DNA of 64,000 bases, taken from assembly GCF_009914755.1 (NCBI RefSeq), contig NC_060930.1, one strand, 5' to 3'. Made by a program: the position numbers and the translations under genes. This stretch comes from the human T2T-CHM13v2.0 reference genome, Homo sapiens. Below are positions 1-13,139 of the stretch, in pieces. Under the pieces are notes generated by a model. The model was not told the DNA's origin. It saw only the letters and a list, made by a program, of their open reading frames with translations, and ran no database searches. Position 1 is the stretch's first letter; every line of letters begins with the position of its first letter.

Positions 1-209
1 CCTCCTTCTCTGCCTTGCTAAATATTTGTAAACTTTGCTTTAATTGGTATATGTGCCACTGTTTTGTATGTGGGAGGGGTTTATGGTTTTGTTTTGTTTT
101 TTGGTCTTTTTTAGTAACCCCAATCCAAACTATTCTCATTTGTAACCTAAAATACTTAGAACAAGAGGCTTTGCAATCTTGAAGACCGAATACATTTTTA
201 CTACTAAAT

Positions 210-273
210 GTAAGGCAGATTTGAGCCACCCATTTTGTAGTGCTTGATTATGGCAACCCGAGGAAACTAATAC
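210..273 (+). mobile_element. MLT1-type MaLR LTR 3' end fragment
   Basis: agccacccattttgtagtgcttgattatggcaacccgaggaaactaatac resembles the MLT1 3' terminus. Confidence 0.6.
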
Positions 274-461
274 GGTTACTCTTTATCTTTATTAGGAAAT
301 ACTGCTGTAGTTCCTGTTGTAATCCTTAGGGAGCCAACATTGTTGATGAGACCTAGTACCAAGCCAGAGGCCATGTTGAACTAGCAAGATATGGGATAGT
401 TTTTACTTTCAAAGTAATTAGCATCTAGAGTCTAGAGAGTTTCTCTTACAGGGTGGCCTGG

Positions 462-878
462 TGTCTTAGTCTATTTTCTGTTCCTATAATAGAATACCTG
501 AGACTGGGTAATGTACAAATTATAAAGATTTGTTTGACTCACAATCCTAGAGGCTGGGAGGTTCAAGATCAGACAGCCACATCTGGCCATCCTTTAATGA
601 GGGCCTCATGCTGTGTCATAACACAGCAGAGAATTGGAAGGAGAAATGGGCACATGCAAAGAGAAAGAAAGGGGACGAAAGGGGCTAACTCACTTTGTAA
701 CTATGAGACTAATCCATTCCCTGGAGAACTAATTTATTCTCATGAGAAAGACATGAATACATCTTAACATCCTAATCACTTCTTAAAGGCCTCAACTCTG
801 TACACTGCTACATTGTAACAGGCAATTAAATTTCAGCATGAGTTTTGGTGGGGACAAACTACATCCCAACTGTAGTAC
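462..878 (-). mobile_element. MST-family MaLR solo LTR
   Basis: tgtcttagtc...gaatacctgagactgggtaat...ctcacaatcctagaggctggga...catgagttttggtggggacaaac, reverse-strand MST pattern. Confidence 0.8.
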
Positions 879-1494
879 CTAGCTACCCACTTTATTTTTA
901 GAGTGGCTATTTAATGACCTGGCAAGATCTACTGTGCTTGTAAAAGAATCCACCATGGGTTAAAGAAAAATAGTTTCTGGCTTCCAGTCTCCTTTTGGCC
1001 TCTCTCTAGAATGGCATATACAAGTTCAGTGGTTACTGACTTCAAAGGTGGGGTGGAAGACACTGAAATGAATTTTTCTCCTTTCTTTGGTTGGTTGCTC
1101 TCTCTCTTTGTTGCTGAAATTTGTGTAGGATAATGGAATGAATATGGGAGATAGGGAACTATAGAAAGACTGGAGGGAAGGGAGAAGTCTTTTCTGAATT
1201 AACCCCCCATGTGCTTGTGAGACCCTTGGACCCCAAAGGGCTCCTGACTGGCTGGGCCCACTCCTTCTGTATATGGAGCCATAGGGCTTTTCTCTGGCTT
1301 CCCAGTTGAAGCATTGTCATATGCTTTGATGCTCAGCATTTCTGGCAATTTTACCTTGTAAAACTCCCGTTTCGACATTCTGAACTTAAGTAGAAAATGG
1401 GAATATAAGCCTCTTGTTTTTTGCTCTTAATCCATTCCAGAACTATAAGTCCCTGGGTTCTTGGCAACAACAGGTGTTCCTCTAGATTTTAAAT

Positions 1495-1498
<4 letters not shown>

Positions 1499-1534
<36 letters not shown>
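1499..1534. repeat. (TG)18 microsatellite
   Basis: Perfect dinucleotide run. Confidence 0.98.
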
Positions 1535-1535
<1 letters not shown>

Positions 1536-2650
1536 AATATCTCACTAAAACGACAGTGTTGTCATCAATTTTGGCTTCATGGAGGGTCTTGAGCTGGGTG
1601 GAGATGGGAGGAAGCTATCCTTGTCCATGCGGTTTGGAGACTTGCTCTAAAAAAGAGACCGTCTACTTCCCTCGTAGTTTTTGTTTTGAAGACATTTGTA
1701 GTGTTTACCAGGAGCATACAGTTATCTGGAAAATGCAGACTGATGACAATAGTATTTGAAATGCTCGTAGATCTGCTTCTAGGTTGATGGAAAGAATGTA
1801 TGTTCCAAGGTACAAGTGCTTGTTGACTTTTCGGATGCAGCCAGTCTGTGCTCTTTGTCAGGTAACTCGGAATCACTCCACAGTAGCTGTCCTTCCTGTC
1901 CATTTGACAAGCACTTAAAAGGGCAGTCTTAAGTACTTTACTTCATAGTTTATTAATTTTTTCCCTTCTTTAGTTTGCAATCTACTCTCAGAAACTGAAA
2001 AATAATTTCTTTTACCTTTTTCCCCTTTCTCATTTAAGCTGAAATTGATTTCTTTCTGAGCGTGTAAGGAAAAAAATAAAAAGAAGCTGTGGTTAATACA
2101 ATTGCCTTTGCTGAACAAAAATAAAAGACTAGTTTACCTTCAAGCTGTGCTGTATCAGAGTAAGGATCTGTTCTGTCACTCCCAGGAGATTTTGATAAGA
2201 GAGAGTACAAAATTTCATAATATCTACATAGCATAATTGTAGCAAATATAAGAAGTATTATAATTGTTTATTTGGGGATGAGGGTGGGGATGGGTTTTTT
2301 TGTGTGTGTTTGGAAAATTGGGAAGCTAGAAGATACTCTTAAATCCATCAGCTTCTTCAGAACTCTTCTCAAATGCTTATTGTCATGACAACCATCTCTT
2401 CATAAACCAAGGCTCTGAGTGTAATACAGATGGGGCTGGTAACAAGGTAGGATTGCCATCTGCTTTGTTTTCTCTAAGGGACATTATTTTTTTGTGATCC
2501 CCAAGTCTCATCCTCAAATCTGAAAGTCTTGACTTATTTTTCTTTCTGGAGTCAGATAGAGCTGTGAGATTAATTCTTTTCTCCTGACAAACTACTTCCT
2601 CACCTGTCATCAAACAACTTACTTGTTAAATGGAGGGAAAAAAGGGTAAT

Positions 2651-2652
<2 letters not shown>

Positions 2653-2684
<32 letters not shown>
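2653..2684. repeat. (TG)16 microsatellite
   Basis: Perfect dinucleotide run. Confidence 0.98.
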
Positions 2685-2687
<3 letters not shown>

Positions 2688-4899
2688 ACAAATATACATA
2701 TTTTAATGATTTATTTATCTGTCTACTTTGCAAAGTCTCCTATGAGGTACCTAGTAATTCAATAATACAGTCAAGTGTGAGATCCAGAAACAAGTAGGAG
2801 TGAGGCAATCATTTTCCCATGAAACAAGTAAAATTATTACTGCTTTTGAACATTTTAACACCTGTGCTTCCTGATGGTGGGGCTGCATGAAGTTTGTAAG
2901 TAGTGTCATCATTCTCTTATTAGGTAACAAATAGGAGCATAATTATTTAGGAGAGGAAAACCTTTTCTTGTTACCAAATTTGGTGAGAAATTTGCCAAAG
3001 AAATGAATGCTTACAGGAGGGATACAGCTTAATATCTTCATACTCCCCTTTGTCAAAGATACAAATGACATTTTCTCATATCAACTTCCTACAAAAAGTG
3101 AGGCCATACATTTTTAAAAAGAATATACCCAGTATTTTAAAAGTTTGTATATATCGTGATCAGAATTAAGATATATCCAGCTTTTGAAAAAATATACATA
3201 TTTAGCCATTAAAAGGTATGTGGTAAACTAAACTGATGAATAAAGGTTATGGGAAATATTTCATAAAATTTATATTTAAAGTAAAGAACAATTTCTCTCT
3301 TTGTATTATAGTTATTTTACATAAGCTACAATCTATAATTCTAAACCTTAATTTCTTGAAGGGCTTTATAAGCCTCATTTTTCTTTCTAAATAGAGAAGT
3401 TCATACACTGCTTTTATGTCCTATATGTTGATGTGTAAAAATAATCAAATACTAGTGGGTGAGTAGAATGTAACTACAATATGGTACACACACAGACACA
3501 CAGGATGACTAAACTGTGCACATGAGCTGATGTCCAGAGCAGGGAAAAGCTGCTAAAGAATGTTTGAAGTAGAGTCAGAATGCAGTTTTGTGGTTAAGAC
3601 CAATAATTTTTCAAAGGAGCATTATAAGGAGTGTGGTTACTTGGGTTGGAGTTGAAAACCAAGCAACAGTTGGGCAGACTTGAAACCAGTTTTGTCTTTA
3701 GGTTTCTTTTCTTAATGATTGGTCTACAATGAGTTAGCCACTCATCGTATTTAAGGTCTTGGTAAAGGAGAGACTTTCTTTGCCATGTAGTTTATACCTC
3801 ATGTATGCATTACAGTAGAGAGCTCCAGGAAATACTGCAGGCCTTCTACTGGTTTTTATCCTCTATTTAGATAAAAATGAGGAAGAAGTAGAATTATCAT
3901 AAACAATCCTGTTGGCTTTTAGTTGAGATATACTACAGAAACATCACCTTTGAATCTGTATATGTAAAAAAAAAAAATCTCAGAGTAAGATATAAGTTCT
4001 GTTGCATTGTTCTGAAGGAATGGGTAATGTCAGAAATGTCTTCATTACATTACATAAAGTAATACACAGTGCTGTTATCAGATTGCATAGTCAAAGTTGG
4101 CAAGTTTGCATATTTACATAGATATCATGACCTTCATCATTCATACTTCTTTCAAGAAATGGTCATCTTAATATGGGGTATTTATTTGAGGCATACACCA
4201 TTTATTTTAAGAAGCAGTACCTTTGTTTATTGTAAAACTTCTGGACTAAATTCTTCAATTTTTTCTCAAATGAATTCAGTTTTTTGTTTTTTTTCTTACC
4301 ACTGGTTTTTACTGCATAGCGTTTGCCTGAAGAACACCACTTTGTTTCCCAAGGCAAGTAGTCACTACAAGGCGAGTTTTGTTCTGTCTATCCCAAGGCA
4401 AATAGACAGCAGCAAACATAGTGTGGAGGGCTGCTGGGTTCAGTAGAAAACCATCAACTATTTCTAATTGGGGGTGTATGAAGACAGCTGCATTCTGGAC
4501 ATGCTAAACATCTTGAAATGCTTGGAGTGTAATAAAACCCCAAACGTGCTTTCTTTTCTCATTTCTTTGCACATGTATTTTAGGCAAAATATAATCCACA
4601 TGCTGTTGTTCCCTCTCCTTTTAAATCATGAAAAATGTTGTTTTTATAGGGCTATTTGAGGTCCAGGATGCCTTTTTATCCTTTTTATTAGGTTATTTTT
4701 ATATATAAATGAAAAGAAAAACATAAACAGAAAATACAACATGACATCATGAATGAGGGCAAGCACAAACTGCCCAATTTAAGTTTGAAGTTATAAACCT
4801 AAAATATTTTAAAACAAAACATTTCTCTTGGTGTTTTGCAAAAGTAATGCTTTCTTCTATTGGGCAGAAATTGCAGCCTGTTGGGATGAAGGAGAGAAT

Positions 4900-5100
4900 A
4901 GAACTAATATTTATTGAGTAGCTACCATGGCTTTCTGGGACATCTGCTAACCCCTTAATTTTTACAGTAACCCTAAGTGGTAGGCCAGTCCATCTGCATT
5001 TTACAGACAGGAAATGCTTTCAGAGATATTAATTAGATGGCTGTAGACCACAGAAGAATTGAAAGTCAGGTCTTCTTGACTTTTCAGCTCATGACTTCAT
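4900..5100 (-). mobile_element. MIR fragment
   Basis: atttattgagtagctacca...cattttacagacaggaaa, MIR core on minus strand. Confidence 0.6.
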
Positions 5101-8100
5101 TACTTCTGCCCTCCTCATTCTGTTGGGAGATGGGTGGGAGTGTGCCCTCCAGATAATCAGAAAGTCCCATGTTGGGATGTGATTTGGAAATAGCTAGTCC
5201 TCAGGCCTGTGGACGAAGGCTATTGTAGCCTCAAGAAAGAAAGAGTCAGCTTGATATTGGCAAGGTGGTTATTTAGTGTGGCAGCTGCATAAGAGCATTG
5301 GATAGGTGGTATGATATGGGATGGGGGTCAGGGTGAGAGCTGCTCACACCTCCTTATTATGGCAGGGCAAAACCAGAATAGTCACAGTGATGGTGATGTA
5401 GGGTAGGTTCAAGAGAAAGCTCATGTTCTTCTAGCATTGAGACTCACAATATTTCAAAACAAGTGATTATTTATTCCATTACTATTTATTTTGGTGATGG
5501 ATGTTGCATTTATTTTATTTTCTAACAGTAGTACATATTTGGTAAGAGTTGTTTGTGACATTCTTTATTTAAATGGATTAAACCCATTTTCTTAATTTTT
5601 TTAAGTGTTTGTCCTGTTATCGAAGATATCTTAAAGTGTTACAGAATGGGAATCATAGCTTTAATGAGTCTGCATATAAGAGAGTCCAAACATTTTTTTT
5701 TTGGAGAGAAGGAAGGTCATTTCAACTGTACTATAGGAACGATAGGGCCCATGATCCATGGTATGGCAATAAGTTACTATTTTTTGGAGAATAAATCGCA
5801 AAATATGGGACGTGAAGACTGCTTGGTATTTACACAGGAGTCTAGTTCTTCTGATACTATATATTCTATAAGCTTTCTCCCAGAAATCCAAAGTTTTATT
5901 TAGCTTGTAGCCATCATTGTGCCACAATCTTCCTTCCATGATTTATTTTTTTCCCATACTGTACTCTTGCACTGAGTCTTTGGCATTGAAAGGGAAAGAG
6001 ATGAATTATTCAACTCTTCTTCTATTGAGTGAAAAGCCAATACAGAAAAAAAAATGCAACAGGCAATTTCATGACTGACATTTTGGAGAACATTGGGGTC
6101 ATCATATGACTGAGAAAATGATTATCTCTTTTGAAGGTCAGGAAACCAATATTTTTTTTTCCAGTGAATCTACTGAGGGAACCAACCACCTAGCTTTTTG
6201 TAAATAGCACTCCTCAGGGAAATGTTGCTTTTTTCTTTTGCAGTGTTTCTGCTTTGAATCTTCATAGACTGTATCCCATGGAAGCAGGAATATAATTACT
6301 GTAGTGCTTACTTTTTTTCATGTCTCTACTGAAGAGCCACCCTGATTTATCTTTTACTCCAAGGTAGTGTGGAACTTTACAAGGATTTAGATTATATTAG
6401 TCATTTTGCTTGGAGATCTCTGCACACTTTTCAACATCATTTCTAAGAGCCTTGCCACACTCAGTAAAAGAGGGTGAGGCTTCAAGAATCTCTGTGTACC
6501 AACGCAAATTAGGCAATTTGTAAGAAGTCCCTAGTAGAGCAGAGTGGAGAGAGGGCTCAGGATCTCGTGAGGCCTGGGGCAGGGAGGTGGACATGCTATG
6601 AGCTCCTTTCACAGTCAACACAAAGTTAACACATCTTGGAGGAAAAACCGTTACTGTATAATGGAAGGCAGAAGGCAGGGATGTCTGTGCTTGGTGATGA
6701 AGCTATAAGTAGTGAGCTGATTTATGATGGAGGGGTGAATTGTGCCATGAAAGAGACTCCCCTCAATTTTATTAGCCAGATTACTGCCCATATGCGGGGT
6801 GAGGAGTGAGCATTTTAAGGCATTTCTCTCTGTTTTCAATATATCATCTCTGGATTCACTATTACTGGGACTTGTGAATATAGACTAGGGATTAAAACCT
6901 GAGTTTGCTTTTAAAAAACTTTATTTTATTAAATGAGATTTCTGAGCAACTGATTTCACTTAGTCTTATCAAACTATTCTTACTACTTTTTCGATATGCA
7001 TTCTGTCCCTCCTGTGTGAAGGCCACAGGCCCATGGCCCCCATGTCATTGAGATGGAGGTCCTCAAGTGATGGCGGGATGAATCACCTCTCACTTGCCAC
7101 CTGCGAGAATGTCTATCACTGATACCTCTCCTTATGTCCCGTAGCAGCTGCTAAGCTCCCACGTTATTATTGGTGACACTTTCTAGTGTTCAGGAGAGAA
7201 CAGGATTTACTTTTTGAATGCCTCTAAATTATTATAGCAGGTTCATTTGGAATTGCATATCAGAACATTCTTCCTGTTTATCAGGAAAATAAACCAAGGT
7301 CTTGAAACTTGATGTCTATCCATAGTTGGCCCAATATAATTTTGCATGTGGTTTATTACATTATTTTTCTCCATTGGCTATGAACTGAAGGCATCTCATG
7401 GATATTTATTCCACGCTGAAAAGGTAGTTAGATGCTGTGTGGTAAAGTCGAGACCAGTATATTGGAAGAAAAGAGACACTCCATCTAATAATCTTTCATA
7501 GTCTTCACATTCATTGAGAAGGTTACTTGATAACCTTTCCTGCACACTCTCTCCCAACCCTGACCCAGGAACTTGCAGAGCACACTGTGCAACAGATCTA
7601 ATAACCCTTGTCTGCAGGCAATATGCACAGCTGGGAAAGATAATTAAATAGACTCTTTTTGAGAGGTCTACAACATTTCAACGGAAGGATCGAGCAATCC
7701 GGCTGGCCTCCGACTGAAAACTATTACCAACAGACATACTTCAGACAGATTCCATGATCACCATCCTTATGTGGCACAAGTGCTTATGGGGAGCTTCTTT
7801 GGCTTCCAAAAGGCCACTAAAACTGTCAGACCTAAATAATACTGGAACTGTAAAGTGGGAATTAAAAATTATAATTCCATTTAACATGTAACGTTCTCAT
7901 CAGAAAGGGGCCTTTGGTTTTCCATATTGATCGGTTACATGGTCAGCTGCAATTGTAACTCATGAGACACACCCAGATATCATCCTGCGTGATTCTTTTT
8001 GAGGTTTATTTAGGGTGTTAGATAATCCGAGGTAGGTTTCATCATGGGTGGCAATATTACATATAGCAAATGTCATGAGAAGAGAGACAAAGCCTCCCTT

Positions 8101-8754
8101 TTGAATGTTAACATTTATGCAATAAGTTTAATGTACCGTGTAAGTTTACATTACTATTATGAGACTTAACCTAAAAAATTGGGGTGAAATCTTAAAGAAT
8201 TATGAAATTAAGAAATGAAACCAGAGGGCTTTCGTTTTAAGTACTGATCACTTAAACCAAAACCAGTTTGGCTTATCCTATGAGATCGTGGGTATTGAGA
8301 AAGAGGAACATTTGCTGCTGCATCCGGAGATGTTTCCTTGAGAGCAAGACTAGTTCCTTTTGACCCAGTACATCCTACAGGTAAATCACTGCATGCTGTA
8401 GAGATACCTGTTCCCTCCCTTCCCCCACCCCCTGGGGATCTGAAACCAAATCATTGCTTTTTCATCTTTTACTTATCCTTATAAACAAAGCCACCCACTT
8501 TCTCATTTTTCCTGATGCCAAGTCCTTCTTTACATGAGTGGAATCCACTCTTTTCAATGGAAAGACACCTGCTCTGAGACAGGCTACACTGTCATGAGCC
8601 TTGGCATGGCTGAGTGATGTAGTGGAAGGTGCAATAAATTTAAACTTTAAAAATGCAAAATTTGATGGAATCATGCATCTTGTGCCTACAGTGAGTATAT
8701 GGTCTAGCAGGATTTACAGATACATGCATGATTAATTTGAATACAGTATAGCAA

Positions 8755-9305
8755 AATGATCTGTTAAAAAACACATGAAAAGATGTGCAACCTTATTAGT
8801 CATTAGGAAAATGCACATAAAACCACCGTTCCTGTGTGATACCTCTGTACGTCTATTAGAATGTATAAAATTTAAAAAGACTGAACATAGCAAGCACTGG
8901 TGAGGTTGTAGACCAACTGGTGCTTTCATGTTTTGCTGGTGAGAATGTAAACATTACAACTACTTTGAAAACAGTTTGACAGTTTCTTAAAAAGCTAAAA
9001 CATCCACCTGGCATGCTATATACAGATATCCTACTCTTACGTATTTAACCAAGAGAAATAAAAGCATATATCCATTCAAAAACTTGTAAATAAATTGCTC
9101 CTAGCAGCTTTATTTGTAATAGCCAAAAACTAGAAACAACCCAAATGTCCAATGAAAGGATACATCGTATTTATTTATAGGACATATCCATGCAATGGAA
9201 TACCACTTAGGAATAGAAAGAATCAACTGTTCATCATACATACAACCACATGGCTAAGTCTTAAAAATAATTATGCTTAGTTAAGAAGTCAGACAAAAAG
9301 GTAAG
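8755..9305 (+). mobile_element. Ancient L1M fragment (ORF2 end / 3' UTR)
   Basis: cacatgaaaagatgtgcaaccttattagtcattaggaaaatgca...aaactagaaacaacccaaatgtcc, homologous to the L1 ORF2 C-terminal region. Confidence 0.85.
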
Positions 9306-9979
9306 AGACTGTTAGGAGCTGAATTAGCGGGTTAACAGTGGCAATGAAAAAGGAGAAAATTATAGCTACCTCAAGATAGAATTGATGAGCTTTGATTATG
9401 AAATGATGGTAAGAGAGAGGGCCATAGACTCTGAGGTCTGTCTCTAGCTTTGGTTTCCCTATGTGGATCATTATCTATTTGGATATAAGAATTATCTGAA
9501 AGATGATACTTAAGCATGTAAGAAATGATAAGCTACCTGTTTAATGATGAGCTTTTGTTACCTCCAAGAACCCCAAGAAGAAACATCCTGTAAGCAGACC
9601 ATTCATACTTGATTGTTAAAGGAAAACAAAATTCCATTTTGTCTTTTTCATCAACACAAGTATAGCTGGCTAATAAAAGTGTAATATTCATGAGAGAAAA
9701 AGAAAAGAACACGCACACACATACACTCAACAGGATTCCTAGAGTCATTCCCATGGATAAGAGGGAAGGAAAGGTTGAGGGCAAAGAGAGAAGGGAAGGA
9801 AACAGACTATGATGGGATATCTTAGGGCAAAAGAATAGGGGGCTGATTTGGAAGGCAGCAAACTTCATGGATACTTGATTTATTTAATGTCCCTGTCACT
9901 CTGGCGTATCTTAATGTGTGTGGTGTGTGATTTATTTAGTCACTTGATCCAAATTCTCTAATTAAGTGGAGCTCAGAAG

Positions 9980-10168
9980 ATATAGTGTCCATTGTGGTCA
10001 AGGGCACAGGTTTTGGCTTCAACAGACAAATAAGCTCTCTGAGCATCTGTCTTCTCATCTGTACAATGGGAATATCAGTTCCTACCTCTTCAGGTTGTTG
10101 TATTCATAAATAAATTGTGTACAAGAAACATTAGGATTGCTTCTTACCCGTAGTAAGGGCTCAACAAA
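9980..10168 (+). mobile_element. MIR
   Basis: tctctgagcatctgtcttctcatctgtacaatggg...gtagtaagggctcaacaaa. Confidence 0.75.
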
Positions 10169-10280
10169 CCTTCTCCTCCTTCTCCTCCTCCTTCTCCTTC
10201 TTCTTCTTCCTCCTCCTCCTCTTCTTCTTCCTTTTGCTTTTCTCCTTCCTTCTTCCTTCCTTTCTTCCTACCTCCTTCTC
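10169..10280. repeat. (TCC/TTC)n pyrimidine-rich simple repeat
   Basis: Degenerate trinucleotide run. Confidence 0.9.
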
Positions 10281-10876
10281 ATTATTGTTATTAGGTAACC
10301 ACAATATTATCAGTAATGATTGGAGAAAGCTTTAATCTCCTAGTTCACCATTAGAAAACAAGAACACATTTTGGTGGTTATTACCCGAAGTAATCATAAT
10401 GTCACCTTTTTTTCCATCTGACTCATTATCCCAAGTGATTTATTTATATATGGAGTTTTCTGAGTCTTTCTTTTACATATTACAAAAAAAGAGTGTGATT
10501 TAGGGACGAAGCAAAGAAATAAAAATTTAGTGACTTTCATTCTGCCTGTGCCCCAATTCCTATTGGGCATAAGGCAAGTAATTTAAATTTCTTAGCACCT
10601 TAGCATCTTCTACTCAAACAGAAATGAGGAACAGTCACAGGTTACTATTATAGCTGTCTAAGTAGAAGGCACACAAGTTTTCACACTGAGTATAACACTT
10701 TATAGAAAGCTAAGTGTGTTGCTCAAGTTGGTACATTTCTGTAGATGTGACACTATGGCACTAAGAAACTTAATGCCACATTGAAATTCATTGAGATAGC
10801 TAGACTTTAAAAATAATTACTTGACTTCACTATAAAGTATGTTCGTATTGCATTTACTCCATCTAGTAGAAAATAG

Positions 10877-11107
<231 letters not shown>

Positions 11108-11327
11108 TAAGTGACCTGGCTGTAGCTTAGGAGTAGCATGTTCTTTACGATCATAGTTCATTCATGAAACTATTTTATTCATCTCTCGGTGAAGCTTCAG
11201 AGAACTTTATTAGGTATGTTTACTTAACAAAAGAGTGCATTGGGGGTGATGAAGCCTAGTCAAATTCACAGAAAGCTAAGGATAACTTTCTGCTAGACAT
11301 TACCTCAGAAGAATTCTATTATTTCTA

Positions 11328-11330
<3 letters not shown>

Positions 11331-11366
<36 letters not shown>

Positions 11367-11384
11367 CTCTCTCTCTCTCTCTCT
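11331..11384. repeat. Compound (CA)14...(CT)n microsatellite, 224 nt downstream of exon 5
   Basis: (CA)14 CT CACA (CT)10. Confidence 0.97.
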
Positions 11385-11734
11385 GTCATTATGAATGGTA
11401 ATTTTCTAACTCCATCTTCAACTTGTATCATATAAAAATTATAATAACCTCTCTTTAATTAAAATCTGTTGTTGCTTCTTGTACATCCATACCACAATAG
11501 CCTATTCATTTTCTTCTCCAATTTTCCCATCCGTAAAATGAAGAAATTTGACCAGAGTTCTGAAGGTCACATTCAGGTCGACAAATTCATTTTCATGTTC
11601 AAATATGTTACCTTCTTTAACATACCATTCTGGGGTTGCCTTGGAATGTGGGTCCCATTGTTTTTTTTTTTTCAGTCATTGCTTAGAGTCATAGAATTTA
11701 GATATTACTCAATAGCAGCTGCCACTGATAGAGT

Positions 11735-11955
11735 CTCCACCCTGCACCAGCTGTGATGCTAAACACTTTACATATATTATCTCATTTAATCATCACCGGA
11801 CTCCTAGGAGGCAGGAATGTCATCATCCATGTTTTACCAGAAAGGAAACTAAATCTCAGAGACATCCTGCTACTTGCAAAAAGAGGAAAGCTCACTAAAT
11901 GGTGGAGCCAGAGTTCAAATTCAAGATCTTTCTGGCTCCGGTATGCTCTGTTACC
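11735..11955 (-). mobile_element. MIR
   Basis: aaacactttacatatattatctcatttaatc...ggaaactaaatctcagaga...aaatggtggagccagagttcaaa. Confidence 0.8.
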
Positions 11956-13139
11956 TCCTGTGCTGGGCACATGGTCTTCCCACTCTCATGTTCAGTGATG
12001 CCTCCTTTGGTCTGCTGCCATAGCATTCTGTTTTCCAGGTAAATCTTGTCTTTGTGGGCTACATAACATTTTGGATGAGAAAGAACCATTTTGTTGTTTC
12101 TTGCAATCCTATTTTGCCTCCGTGCCAAGCAGTCTAAGGCTGCCAGGCTGCCCACAGTGCATCTCTGCATGGTACTTTACTTCAGAGCATTTCACTATCT
12201 TTCTACACCTGCCAAGTGCCTGGAGCAGAGTTGCAGCAAAATTTATTTAAGTACTGGAGAATTGTACAAGGTGTTGGTTATTGTTTTGTCATTTTGTGTT
12301 AACACAGCTTTTGAAAAACAGTGGTGATACAGTTTAAGAAGCATATTTTGCTGTCTGTGGAATATATTTTGATATCACAGTTTCACAAAATTATCAAGAA
12401 TGGCCACTAGTCTTGTTCCTTAGAACTGTACTCACAATGTATTCTGTCAGCCTTATAGAGGATGTCTTTACCGTGTTCTTTCCTTTCCATTCCTTGTTTC
12501 CTTTCCATTTTTTCCTATCTCATTTCTCCTCTCTTTTCCTTTGCTTTCCTCTTTCTTTCTTTCTCCTGTCCTCTTAATTTTTTTGTCTTATAGCAGTGTG
12601 GTTTTGTAACCAAGTGATATCAAGTTTGCAAATGAAAATCTTAGACCACACGTAACATTTCCCTGCCTACTGCCTGGAGTGTCTACCATGTTTAGGTTTT
12701 TGGACATTCATAACTCATTTGCTCCTTGATTTCCATCCTCATCTGTATCTATCTTCTTTTTTAAAATTTAATTCAATTTTTATAATGTTGACACAATTAT
12801 GCAGATTCATAGGGTACACAGTGATGTTTTGATACATATAATGTGTGGTGATCTTATCTATCTTCTTGAGTACACACTTGCTTGAGGACAGTCATCAAAT
12901 AATTGCATTTTGAATATGTGAAGGTTTTTGACATTACTGCACCCAAAAAACTCATATTGCCAGTGAGGTGATATGGCCTAGGATTTTATCAGCTACAGCC
13001 TTCTCTTTCCTTTCTGTACACTCCAGTGGTGGCTAATTTTCTTTCCTCTCTCACAGAAGTATGAATGACTAAAAGTTCTCATCTCTATTCATTCCTACTT
13101 TCTAAAACTTCAGATCGGAAATTTGAATTACCTCTAGAC

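Noticed and set aside
12025-12044. YAG|GT recursive-splice-like sites (also 17700 and 25990)
   Set aside because: The regenerated donors (GTAAAT, GTATTT) are weak and this frequency is expected by chance
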